A stretch of DNA of 49,072 nucleotides, from NCBI GenBank assembly GCA_002269645.1, contig NIVC01002669.1, positions 1 to 49,072 of the forward strand, read 5' to 3'. This document shows, piece by piece, positions 23,070-34,600 of the stretch. A model generated the notes under the pieces. That model ran no database searches and had not been told where the DNA came from. It saw only the letters and a list, made by a program, of their open reading frames with translations. The position numbers and the translations under genes were made by a program. How positions within the stretch are numbered: position 1 is the first letter of the stretch; each line of letters opens with the position of its first letter. The stretch comes from Macrostomum lignano (Eukaryota).

Positions 23070-25220
23070 TCAGAAAGGCAAAGGGGTCTCACAACAGCTA
23101 CTTCGCAGTCTGCTGGTCTCCACCGTGAAGATGGCGCCAATGTCCGGCTGCTCGCCGCTTCGATAGATGCAGACTGGCTGCCGTTCGTTTGGCGCAAACA
23201 GGTGCAGCGGATCAACGTCTGGCAGGCTGCGCACCTCGTGCGATATCACCTGCTGAGGCCGCCGCCTGCAGTTGGGGGGGGTTGAGTTTAAATGAGCCTC
23301 AGCGTGTCTCAATGTCATTGTGTCTTAATGTCATTTTGTCTCAATGTCATTGTGTCTCAATGCTATTGTGCCTTAATGTCATTGTGTCTCAATTTCATTG
23401 TATCTTAATGTTAGTGTGTCTCAATGTCATTCAGTGTGTCTCAACGTCATTGTGTCTCAATGTCATTCAGTGTGTCTCAATGTCATTGTATCTCAATGTT
23501 ATTGTGTCTCAATGTCATTGTATCTCAATGTTATTGTGTCTCAATCATTGTATCGCAATGTTAGTGTGTCTTAATGTCATTGTGTCTCAATGTCATTGTG
23601 TCTCAATGTTAGTGTGTCTGAATGTCATTGTGTCTCAATGTTAGTGTGTCTTAATGTCATTGTGTCTCAATGTCATTCAGTGTGTCTCAATGTCATTGTG
23701 TCTCAATGTCATTCAGTGTGTCTCAATGTCATTGTGTCTCAATGTTAGTGTGTCTGAATGTCATTGTGTCTCAATGTTAGTGTGTCTCAATGTCATTCAG
23801 TGTGTCTCAATGTCATTCAGTGTGTCTCAATGTCATTGTGTCTCAATGTTAGTGTGTCTCAATGTCATTGTGTCTCAATGTTAGTGTGTCTGAATGTCAT
23901 TGTGTCTCAATGTCATTCATTGTGTCTGAATGTCATTGTGTCTGAATGTCATTGTGTCTGAATGTCATTGTGTCTGAATGTCATTGTGTCTGAATGTCAT
24001 TGTGTCTGAATGTCATTTCAGAGTCTATTTATATTTCTTAGTTAATAGTTATAAGTATTTAGTTATTAACAAAGCGTCGCTAAATTAGATTGAATTTAAA
24101 GGCAAGCTACCATACAAATATATATAATTAAAACAAACTATTAAAAGCGAAGCAATTAAATTTGCAAATTTTGCAATGTCTGTAATTATTATTTATGAAT
24201 ACAGCTAGCTAGGCGCGATGGCTCTGCTGCTCACCTCATCATTGAGAGAGGACATGAGGATGAGAGGTAAGAGCAGAGCGGATGAAGGGCCGCGCTTGCG
24301 GGGGGGGGGGTCGGGTAGCACTCATAATTGGGGCCGATTTCTCAATTGTAGATTTTTACTGTTCACGGTCTCTCTCTCTCTCTATCTCTCTTCCGCTCGC
24401 ATCTGCGGGAGCGCTAACTCACCTTTGAGCTGCGCCACTACTCTGTCAGTTTATTTGCAATTACTAATTATTATCTGGTAGCCTGCTGTCTGTCTGTCTG
24501 TCATTCACTACAGCAGGGACTCACTTCTAATTTGGTGTCAATGCCCCCCCCTGAATTCTTGCTCCGAACTCCGTCTGAGTATCAACCCAGGTGCAGCAGG
24601 CTGTGTACACACTGCCTGACGTTGAGAAAGTCAGGGCCGCTGTACACCCCTGCGTGAATGAGTGCCTGTGGATGTCACTGTCTTCGGGTAGACTGTCCTC
24701 GCCACTTGCCTGATAGTAATCATAATAATATTGGCCCGATGTGCAACCGACAGCTCAGCCGCAGCTATTTGCGCGGCGCATCTGAAGGCTGCGTACGGCT
24801 GTTCAGTCCAAGGACTGGGGGGTCGCCACACACCCTGAAATACCCCAGCTAAAGCTGGCACCCATTTTACAGCTGGCGAGAACTGAAGCAATGCAGAGAG
24901 GGTAAAGTGTCTTGCTCAAGGACACAAATTGTTACGAGTAGGATCAGGAATCGAACTCCCGACTTTCAAGTCGTGAGTCCGACGCTCTAACCACTAGACT
25001 GATAGACTAAAGGGCCCCTGTCACCATCAGCAGGTAATATAGGCAGCGCTCACCTGTGCGAAATCTCCTCCAAGGACTTGTCACCTGTGGAGCAGCAGCT
25101 GCAGCATCTGGCCAGCCGGTGGCACAGCAGTCCGATGGCAAACAGCAGAGCAGCGAGCCCAACAGCGCCACCGCAGGCTGGCAGGATGATGCGTAGAAGC
25201 AGCTGCTGCTGGTCCATCAT
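23070..25220 (-). CDS. Small single-pass membrane protein, 2 coding exons (25220-25054, 23265-23070), ~120 aa; 5' end uncertain
   Basis: MMDQQQLLLRIILPACGGAVGLAALLFAIGLLCHRLARCCSCCSTGDKSLEEISHR ends at a phase-2 donor AG|GTGAGC. It joins acceptor CCCCCCAACTGCAG|G in phase to give RRPQQVISHEVRSLPDVDPLHLFAPNE...CCETPLPF*. Confidence 0.55.
23301..24016. repeat. Degenerate 16-20 bp satellite TGTGTCT[C/G]AATGTCAT
   Basis: Directly visible. It lies in the intron of the small membrane-protein gene. Confidence 0.93.
24712..25017 (-). mobile_element. tRNA-derived SINE (family 1), full length, with a CORE-like central domain
   Basis: Minus strand: box A TCTAGTGGTTAG and box B GTTCGATTCC, then TGTGTCCTTGAGCAAGACAC...TTCAGTT...CTGTAAAATGGG (resembles the MIR/CORE motif), ending in an (ATT)n-like tail. 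Two other copies occur in the window. Confidence 0.85.
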
Positions 25221-25711
25221 CACCGGGTTTGCCCCCTCCGATTGAACCTCTGACAAATGAATTAAATTTTAAAGCCAAGCCCAGCAGCAATGCGCATATG
25301 GGAAATCTGATGACCATGCAGTGAAGCCGCACCCACGCGTCACCCCATCGTGAGCACAAAATATGCTTAAGCGTTCCCACTCTCCCCCTCTATCCCTCTC
25401 GCTTCCCCTCCCTGTCACCCCGTATTCCCCATCCGGCCAATCGGACTGTGGCCAAGCCGTTCAGCTTAACGGAAGCCGGCCTCAGAAGTGACAGGGCGGG
25501 GCGCTTCTAAAACCCGATCGAAAAATGTGGATGGAAGGACAGGGGAGGGGCGAAGGGTGTCCAGCCTCCCCCCCCCCAGCCTCAGAAAGACTGCAGGATT
25601 CGAACGCCGCCAAAAAGAGCAAATAGGATAGGGATTTTTTAAGGATACAAAATGAGAATTTTGAAGAAAAAACGGGGATTATTAAGAAGGGTTAATTAAA
25701 GAGATATTGAG

Positions 25712-26050
25712 GGGGGGCCGTAGTGGTCTGGCGCGGCGCTCTGATGTGCCAGCGGCCCAGGCTCGATTCCAAGTGCAGTCACATTAATTTGGGGCAAAAT
25801 TGGAATCTCGGCTTGCCTCAATTAACGCCCTTGAGGGCCAACCCCCAAGGCACAGTGAAGTGTACATGCCTATCGATAAATAAAGTTAGGGCCGCTGTAC
25901 ACTCCTGTGTGAGTGTGTGCCTGTGCGTATGACTGCATACGTATCCGCGCGCTTGTATGCCTGCTCAGGGGAGTCGGCGAAATGGGCAGTAATGCCTCTC
26001 GCCGGTTGTCTGACAATGTCGCATAAGTGCGCCAGGGTGCACACAGCTTC
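25712..26050 (+). mobile_element. Probable second tRNA-derived SINE family
   Basis: Head GGGGCCGTAGTGGTCTGG (box A-like) and GGCTCGATTCC (box B-like). The internal AGGGCCGCTGTACAC.CCTG.GTGA.TG.GTGCCTGTG block recurs at ~24632-24670. The 3' end is uncertain. Confidence 0.5.
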
Positions 26051-26653
26051 CAAGTCCAACTGAAGAGCTTTTATTTAAAAGTGTACTATCCCCTGTATGT
26101 GACAATGTTAGACACCATAGAACATACAACTACTACGAGCGTATACTATATATTGTATACTGTATACTACTATGTAAGTAGTAAGTACTGTGTAGAATGA
26201 CTTTTTATAATTTTTTATTTCTGATGAAAAAATCTGTGAAATGCTAGGTTCAAAGCAGTACAGTGGATTGATTGTTTTGCGATAAATTTTGTATTCACTT
26301 TTTAAAAGCTGCATTCAAAGCGAATGTTGTAGCCAACAGTCAACTCAATGACATCATTGCCAAAGAAATTTGCCTAATTGACTTAATTGCTATTTTAAGA
26401 GTAACTTTTATGTAGCGATCGATGCATAAAGTACATAATAAGCATTTATCGGTTAAACAGTAAACCAATGGAACTTTTAGTGTCAGTGCTTTAGTGTCAG
26501 AATCTTGCAAAGTAGTTGTTTGATGCCTTTAGGTTGACACTTTCTGCGTCCGAGAGCCGTTGTGCTTTTTAGTAGCTGTCAGTCTGTTCTCACCTTTTAG
26601 AAAAATTAGCATGAAGGATGAACCAGGACTTTTCAGCTCCGATCTCGCCCAGT

Positions 26654-28283
26654 TCACTTGCTGGTGGTGGCTCGCACCATCACCTGGCGGGCGAGGCTGT
26701 CAGCCCGCTTCTGCTCAAGCCGGCTCAGCTTGGCGGGGCTCTTCAGAAAGCCCCAGTGCTGCATGGCCAACTCCAGTCGCTGCTGCTGCGCCGACTGCGG
26801 CTGCGCCGGCTGAGGCGCTTCGCTAGACTCCGGTCCGACCTCCTGGTCGATAGCGGAGGCGGCCGGATCGCCAGCGGTCGGAGCTGAGGGCCCCCCGGCG
26901 ACGTCTCCGCCAGTGCAGGTGCAAGCGGCGGCAGCGAACGGCGCCCGAGTGCCCCGCTCGACGGAGGATGCTGTGGCGCCTCGGCCGCCGCGTCCCAGCG
27001 GCACCATCTGCATGGCGATGTTCTTGAAGCTGGCAATATTTTCTCGCTGATGCTTCAGGTCCTCGCTGCGGTAGCTCATCCACAGGTAGACGTTGACAGC
27101 GATGGCCAGGTTCTCAAGGAGGAAGGAGAGCCAGACCAGCTTAAAGCAGTAGCCGAATTCGTAGCTCACGGGCCGGTACTTCTCCTCCGGGTGATCGTTG
27201 AGGCCTTCGAAGTCCACTGCGCCGATGAAGTAGATGCAGCCCATGGACAGCAGTAGGCCTGCGCGTGCATGGGTTTGCTATTGCTATTGATTTCAAGAGA
27301 TCCTGATTGGATCTGAGTAGCAGTAGACTAAGCAGTTTAATGATAAACAAACAAATCTCGGTTGGATAAAAATTGCCGCCTTACTTGAAAATATCAACAA
27401 TATCGCGTTGATGAACGGGAAGAAGATTCTGTTGGAGTTTTGAAACAGCGACATCACATTGGCGATGATGAGGAAGGCCAGGCTGACCATGTAGAGCGGA
27501 GTGCCCATCTTGAAGTTGTCTGGAAATTTGGTAACTTCAGCCTCAGAGTCAGGTAAATAGCATGGACATTTGCTGTAAAGTACTGTAAAGTTTATCAGAT
27601 AGGATTGCAGCCCAGTCGTTAGAGCGTCGGACTCTGGGGTTCGATTGTCGACCTACTCGGAACAATTTGTGTCCTTGAGCAAGACGTTTAAGTCTGCATT
27701 GCTTCAGTTCACCCAGCTGTAAAATGGGTGCCAGCATTAGCTGGGGTAATTGGGGGTGTGTGTGGCGACCGCCCAGTCCTTGGACTGAACAGCCGTACAC
27801 AGCCTTCAGATGCGCCGCGCAATAGTTGCGGCTGAGCTGTCGGTCGCACATCTGCCCATTGGGGCAGGTGTAATCAGTTATTATCATTAATATTATTATT
27901 AATATTATTACTTAAGCAATCGCACAAGAAAATAGCTCGATTGTAAGGAAAAAAACCTTACTGATCAGGGAAAACGTGACCATGGGCTGCAGGAAGTTCT
28001 CGTACTGCAATTGCACTCGAAAATCCTTATAAGAGATGGTGTCGCATTCCTCCTGACTGTCTTCAATGGCGCCCTGCTCGGGTGCAATCCTAGAGCAGAA
28101 CCACCACAGACCCGAATGGGTGATCATGTTGAATCGTACGGAGATGCCGTGCATGTTCTTGATGGACAGCTCCTTGATAATAATCCACTGCGGGGTGGCC
28201 ACCGCGATCAACATGAGCACGGTGGCTGCACCGCCGGACCCGGTGAAAGCCAAGAAGGCGATCTTCTGCAGAAGTCGGGACAT
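26654..28283 (-). CDS. Stargazin/TARP (voltage-gated Ca channel gamma, CACNG; PMP22/claudin superfamily)-like 4-TM protein; 3 exons (28283-27962, 27519-27385, 27258-26654), 353 aa
   Basis: TM1 ...LIAVATPQWIIIKE, then THSGLWWFC (CACNG2 THSGLWRTC). Exon 2 gives TM2/TM3. YEFGYCFKLVWLSFLLENLAIAVNVYLWMSY resembles CACNG5/7 YGWSFAFAAISFLLTESAGVMSVYLFMKRY. Both introns are phase 1 with GTAAGG donors and CAG acceptors. Confidence 0.85.
27611..27911 (+). mobile_element. SINE family 1 copy in intron 1 of the TARP-like gene (antisense to it); partial deletion in the tRNA head
   Basis: GTCGTTAGAGCGTCGGACTC..GGTTCGATT, then the CORE-like block and the same body as 24712-25017, with an (ATT)n tail. Confidence 0.85.
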
Positions 28284-28890
28284 CTTGACGCGCTCTTCAA
28301 TGAAGCCAACCAGCTACTAGCCGTATCACCCGGATATGCTGAGACCGGCTGAGTCTATTGGCAAGCCGTTCAGTTAGACTTTTTTCTGCGAATTTCTGCT
28401 GCCGCCGACAACAGATGGTTGGACGAAGGTCCGGGATGTTTTATAGCCGGGGAGCACGGGCAAAACACGGCAGACAGCCGCTGCCTCTGGGGAGCCGGAA
28501 AGAGATTCAGCTACGGAGAGGAGGAAATCGAGAGGGGAGGGGGCTGGCGCCGACTGGCATAATCAGATCATCTTCTGCCCTGCTTTGGACACCGCGCTGC
28601 CCGTCTCATGGGAGATGATGCGTGTGCTGGTAAAGTCTCAGGGTGAGCAGGGGGCTTGAGGAGAGAACAATTATATTATCCTAGCAGCAGCTGCCAGCAG
28701 ATCAGTGAGATCCCGACCTCGCGATGGGTAAAGAAGAAACAAGGCCGTTTCGAGCAGATTAGCTAGCCTGGAAGCACGAGCTGATCTAATGTCCATAGTT
28801 GACTACACTGTATGATAGTAAATTTAATTGTCAATTGTTTACTGCTGTTCAATATGCACTGCGTTACTTGGATTTGTTGGCTTGAAAAAG

Positions 28891-29120
28891 GGTGCTGGCG
28901 CCACTTGGTGCTGGCGCCCCTTGGTGCTGGCGCCCCTTGGTGCTGGCGCCCCTTGGTGCTGGCGCCCCTTGGTGCTGGCGCCCCTTGGTGCTGGCGCCCC
29001 TTGGTGCTAAAGCCCCTTGGTGCTAAAGCCCCTTGGTGCTGGCGCCCCTTGGTGCTAAAGCCCCTTGGTGCTAAAGCCCCTTGGTGCTAAAGCCCCTTGG
29101 TGCTAAATCCCCTTGGTGCT
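28891..29120 (-). repeat. 16-bp minisatellite, reverse complement of the 12685-13140 family; mixed GGCGCC and AAAGCC variants, ~14 copies
   Basis: CCTTGGTGCTGGCGCC and CCTTGGTGCTAAAGCC units visible. Confidence 0.95.
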
Positions 29121-30062
29121 TACCTCGCATGATCTTCGAAAGTCCAGAATGTTTCTAAAATTCCCAAAAAGTGAAAAAACAAATAACTATTTGAGATTGT
29201 ACATGATTCTTTATATTATTTCAAAATCCTACTTGAAGTAGTAGGATTATAACGTAAAATTAGATTACGAGCTATATCATACATTTCTTTGCGTGGAGTT
29301 TACTAATGGCATTCATTACTGACGCATTGTACTTTATCTCTATCAGTTAATCGACTTAGCATTTTCTGCCTAGGAAACCCAGAGTCAAAAAGAAAAACAA
29401 ATGTTCTGTTGGCACTGTTCGACCCTCTAATTGTCTTTACTTTCGTTTGGTAGCAGAGGTCGATCTTCACCAAATTTTTCAATCAAGTGGCCTCATCAAG
29501 GGGCGTCAGCTTCGAGAGGGGGGAAGGAAAGGAGAGCAGTTGGTACTTTACTAAGGGATTTTCGCCACCAGCGTTGATTGAAGCGACTTAGTCTTTACTA
29601 AAGCCTCAAATTAGAAGCCCATTGAAGGTACTGAAGGCATCTGGGATAAAACACATCTGCGCTGGCGCCTACGGATCAGCAGCTGTCTGCAAGCGGATTC
29701 AAAAGTTGTTCGAACTCGCTCTCTCTCTCTCTTCATCACTATCTTCTTGCCATTCACGCGGGTGGGGGGGGGGCGGCGCACTCGAATCCCCACACAGCCG
29801 TGCATTGCTGGCGCATCAATCCGCCTCCGCTTCCCAGCCGGGATCGCCGCAGGGGGGCCTGACATTTCCCTTCCCTACCTCGCAAGCCCCGGGCGAGGCG
29901 AGGGTAGCTGCCGGCTCCTCCACCGCTCGCCAGAATTTCGTGAAGCAAAGAGCGGCTGGATGAAGATGAAAAGCGCGCAAACACACCCTTGCTGCTGCAG
30001 GGAGAGAGGGAAAGAGAGGATCGAATAAGGTGGAAAAATTGGAACCGTGAGCGCAAAAAAAG

Positions 30063-30179
30063 GTGAGAGCCCTGAGAGTGACGAACTCCTGCAGCCGTAT
30101 TCGAGGGGAGTCGATCGAGTGTACTATAGGCAATTTCGGTTGTCTTACTAATCAAGATCGCATACTTTTCCCTCCACAG
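30063..30179 (+). other. Putative 117-nt spliceosomal intron upstream of the KCC start codon (probable 5'UTR intron)
   Basis: AAG|GTGAGA donor, TACTAAT branch-like site and TTTTCCCTCCACAG acceptor. Confidence 0.45.
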
Positions 30180-30600
30180 GGATCCGCGATGCCAGAGGGA
30201 ATTACGGTCATGCAGAAATAATAAGATGGATAGATAAGGAAAGCCTATGGATATAAAGCTACTATGTTCCCTAATAAAATAAGGAAACGAAGTTTAAACT
30301 TACTTTAGGCCTTAAAGGCTTTAACTAAGAATGAAATAGATAAATTTATAACTGATTTAAAAAATGGAAAGTTGAAAAAATCCTGATTAACATGTAACTA
30401 AAACTGTGTGTACTTTTCATTTTTTATCAGAATAATATACGACTCATTCCTCCATAGTGCTGTCAGAGAGCTGGATCAATGCAGATTTAAATCCCCGCGA
30501 ACATGCTGTAAATAGTGCAATAAAATTGAGCGAAATAATAAAACAAAAGGCTCCAAGCAATAGATTAAAAATTGAAGGCACAAAAAGTGACTTGGGAGAG

Positions 30601-30642
30601 CAGAGAGAAGTAAGAGAGAGCAAGAGAGAATGAGAGAGAGAG

Positions 30643-30697
<55 letters not shown>
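30601..30697. repeat. (GA)n microsatellite
   Basis: Directly visible. Confidence 0.95.
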
Positions 30698-30700
<3 letters not shown>

Positions 30701-31691
30701 GTAGAGAGGAAGAGGGGTAAGAAAAGGAGCTGCAGTGACCTCGGTGGGTTGGGGGAAAAGTGAAGGAGTGGCAGCGGAGGGGGCGGAGACCTCAGTTCCA
30801 TTGGCTAATGCGCAGTTTGGGGCATAAGAAAATACTCATTTGCGAAGAGAGGCCGGGTGGCGGGCTGTACACGCTGATGCTGGGGCGCGGAGCGACACTC
30901 CGGGCGGCGGGGGTAGAGACGAGAGGGAATAAGAAGTCCGAATAGGTCTCTAGCGCATCCCAAATCTTGCTGGTCTGATTAGTGAATATAGGATCTGGCA
31001 TTCCTCAGCGGACAGGCAATTTCGCATCCTCTCTAATTTCCTTCAATTCGCTCTGCCGGGCTAAGCTATCCTTCATAGTTTTTCTATTTCTCAAATCTCC
31101 AATTGCCAGGAAGGAGAGTCAGAGACAGCGAGCGAGAACAAACAATGACGTATTCCACAGTCGCGGTAGACTCCAGCCAGTCCAACAGTCTATCAGCTTT
31201 AGATTCTTCTGCATCCTAACTGCTAAAGCCACCTTTCCTGTATACCTTTCCCTTACCTTTTTCTCGTCTATCCTGCGGCCGCGGCTTCATTCGAGAACTA
31301 ACAGAAGCAGAAACTGGCTGGGCGACTGCGCTGCCAACTGCCTCGGGCCTGTCCTCAAACAATACCCACTGGGTGCGAATATTTTTAGACCTGCAGCCTC
31401 TCAAACCAGTGAAGAAGGCCAATGCATTATAGTTCATACCCTCTCCTTTCACATCTCCAGTTATTTTCCAGCCGCACCAAACTTTAAATAAAGCGTTCAT
31501 CTCACAGTCTGTCCCGACAACTCTGTCCAGCCAGACTTGCAAAGCTAATATATAAAACCCATACCGTGGAGACTAAGCAAGACCAAGTGCGCTGCTAAAA
31601 CATACCCAAGAAACAATTCACAGAAAACAATAACACAGCAAAGACTATCTTAAAGTTGGCTAGGAAGACTTGACTGATCAATCGAGGCAAA

Positions 31692-34600
31692 ATGGATAAA
31701 GATGCTGAGCAGCAGAAGGAGACGATGGTGGAAGATGAAGAGCATCCGCACGTGTCGTTCAGGCATCGACCCAGCATCATTGACAACTTAGGTGAGTTGA
31801 AATCACACTTACTGGAGTATTATGAGCTACTAATGCTTAGAAAAGATTTCATCACAAACAAGCCCCGTTAATATAGAGTAGATTATGCTTAGTAAATACG
31901 TTTTCTCTGGGCGTAGTGGGACAGTGGGAACGCAAAACGGAGCGGCTAATTCAGTCCTGTGGTCGATCGTACAAATCGATTCGAGAGGGAGCTGGCCACA
32001 GACGGGCTCGAGCTGTCAGGCTGAACAGAACGGGAAGCCAGAATTAGATGGGACAGTCCCGTTTTTTTTTTGAGGAGGCAAACACGAAGCTTTCTTTTCT
32101 GTTTCGGTTGAGTCTGTCTTCATCGAAAGCAACATTTGAAGTGAAGCGAGTGAGACAGATTTAAAAGTGGAAACTGTGCCAAATACTTGTCCGTCAAATT
32201 AAGAATTTTGAGGTTTTGCAAAGTGCAAACAATAACGTTAGAGAGACGGACCAATTCTATTCCAATTATTTCTCTCTTGCTTTTTGTTTATGTATGTAAA
32301 AACGTCCCGCGAAACGGGCATAAATAGTTGCTCGACCGACGCTCAGACACCCGACAAGAGGATGTCATAGAAGTTCAGTTGTAGGCTGTCAAAGCGGCCC
32401 TGCTAATTGGGAATTCCTTTGTGTGTCTCAGGTTGTATCCCCTTAGCCTGTGTCTCTTAAACCAGATAATTAACTAGCTTGCAACCTTTCAGAAACATTT
32501 TGGCGGGCAACAATTTTCTCCCGAGTGAAAATTTTGAAAAGCCCGCTTTCGTGTTTTATCTGCTTTCAGCAAACTGACTTATTTTTTTGTCGAAATATAC
32601 TTTGGACTGTCCGCTTTTTACCAACTGGGCCTTTTAGGTCACGGAATACCCTCTGGTGAGTTAGACACAAATTCGACTGAATGTTTGTGGTTTGTGTTGT
32701 GTTTGAGTCCCAACAAGTCACAGTAATCCTCATTTAGATACATAAGTGAAGCAAAAGTGCACACCGGCTCGAAGCCTTGCAAACGTGGTTCATTTAGCGG
32801 TGTGTAAGCTGGCTTCACGCTTTCTCCGGGGGGAATAGAAGAGCGGGAGGGGAACGCATCTTAGTCAAAGTTAAGCTCTGTGTCTACGGCAACATAGGCA
32901 TCAAACTCCCACCTTTCCCGGACCGAAACGCTCAGGAGATCCTAAATTAGTTCTACCTCTCAATTGGTACCGTGATACAAGTTGTGCATAATGCGGAATT
33001 TCCTTTGCTTCGACATCAACTTGGATTTTGGGTACTTCCTGTGGTTCGTCACGTATTAGTTGGTTCTGCTGTTGCATTTTGTGAGTACCCGTATCCCATA
33101 GTAGCTTAGGTTCAACTGCTTCCGTAAGTCGTTAGCCAGTTTTCTGTAGTCGGTCCACATGTCTCTCCCAGAGTAGTTCATGAACTCGAACTGTATAGCT
33201 TACGTAGAGCTGTGCGCTTGATTGTTGTTTCAACAGCCCACTTGTAAGTCTTGCGTCAAAACTATCTCTCCCGATTGAGGAGTTACCCTAGCAAAGCACC
33301 TTGCTTCTCATCATGCATTTCATTCTGATAATCCTGACTGTATAAAGCCTTTGCATCTGCGTCAGGAAAAAATTGAGACGATCTCATGCACACTGTTCTT
33401 GCGAAAAACATTTCCAATGGTATATTGTCGATTTTGCCGGGTTAGCAAATGCGGATTCCGTTCTGCTTCAAAAACTATTCAATCAATTATTGAATTTATA
33501 GGATATACGAGCTAAATAGAGAGCCATTGTCTGAGAGCAGCACTCGAGGCAATCCAAATGGTGCGAAAATTAAATTTTGTCTTAGACACTGAGCTGTGTT
33601 GTTCAGAGTAGCGTTTCTCATTGGGATCACTTCCGAAAGATTGCTTGTCGCGTTAACAACCGCCAGAAACATCCAGGATTTGTATGGTCCCACGAAAATC
33701 CACGTCAATGGACTCAGTACGTGGCTGGCGCCTCTTGAGCCCTTGACCTCTGCAGCTGACATTCACAACAATTGGTTACACTGTCCGATGTCTTGGTTGA
33801 TTCTTGGCCAACAGAAATACACTCGTGCCGCCGATTCGTAAGTACAATTCCTGGGTGTCTTTCATGCAATTCTTCTAGAACTAGTCTGCGCAGCTCATGG
33901 GGAATAACTACTCGCATTCCGAGCAGTAGTACACCTGAGACTATTCCGAAGTCATGCCTTCTTGTCATAAGTATAACCATAGTTTTTCATCACCGAAAGT
34001 AGCTGACTCCGGATCTATGTTTACAAAGTAGCAGCACTCATTTAAGCACAGGATCTTTCTGTGTTGTCTGTCTGTACTCGTGGCCTGCTTACTGTCACCC
34101 ATTTTATTTGATCTGATTCAGTCTCATAGGTAACTCCTGCTTCTTCTGGCAATCCTAACAAGCCATCCGCGTCGCAATGCCGGTCTGTTCGTCTTAACTT
34201 GATTTCGTACGCATGCACGCCCAGAAACATTGCTTATTGTTGCAAGAGACTGGTTGTTACAGGTGGCAGTTGTCTCTTAGCCTTAGGGTGAAGCTCGCCA
34301 GGAGTGGCTTGAGGTCAGTTTCAAAAAATAAGCCCAGAAATTATAGCAGCTTTTTTCTTTTTAAATTGAGCTTAGTTCTTTTAAGCAGTTGACAATGTTT
34401 TCGAAGCGTAGGTTATCAGCCTGTCTCCTGTCTTCGTTTCATGACAGCACCGAGGCCGTATGGTAAAGCTAGCCACATTCTAGCTTCAGTTTCTTGGATG
34501 CACTTGCTTGAACGTAGATTTACACTCCATGGGCCAGTCAGAGTCCTTTTCCTAGAGTAGTCGCATGAAGAACCTAGTTGCATTAGGAGGGCCGCTATAT

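Noticed and set aside
29611-31542. Several 60-170 aa ORFs between the TARP-like and KCC genes
   Set aside because: No recognisable motifs, they overlap microsatellites and GC-rich promoter-like DNA, and no consistent coding exon chain was found.
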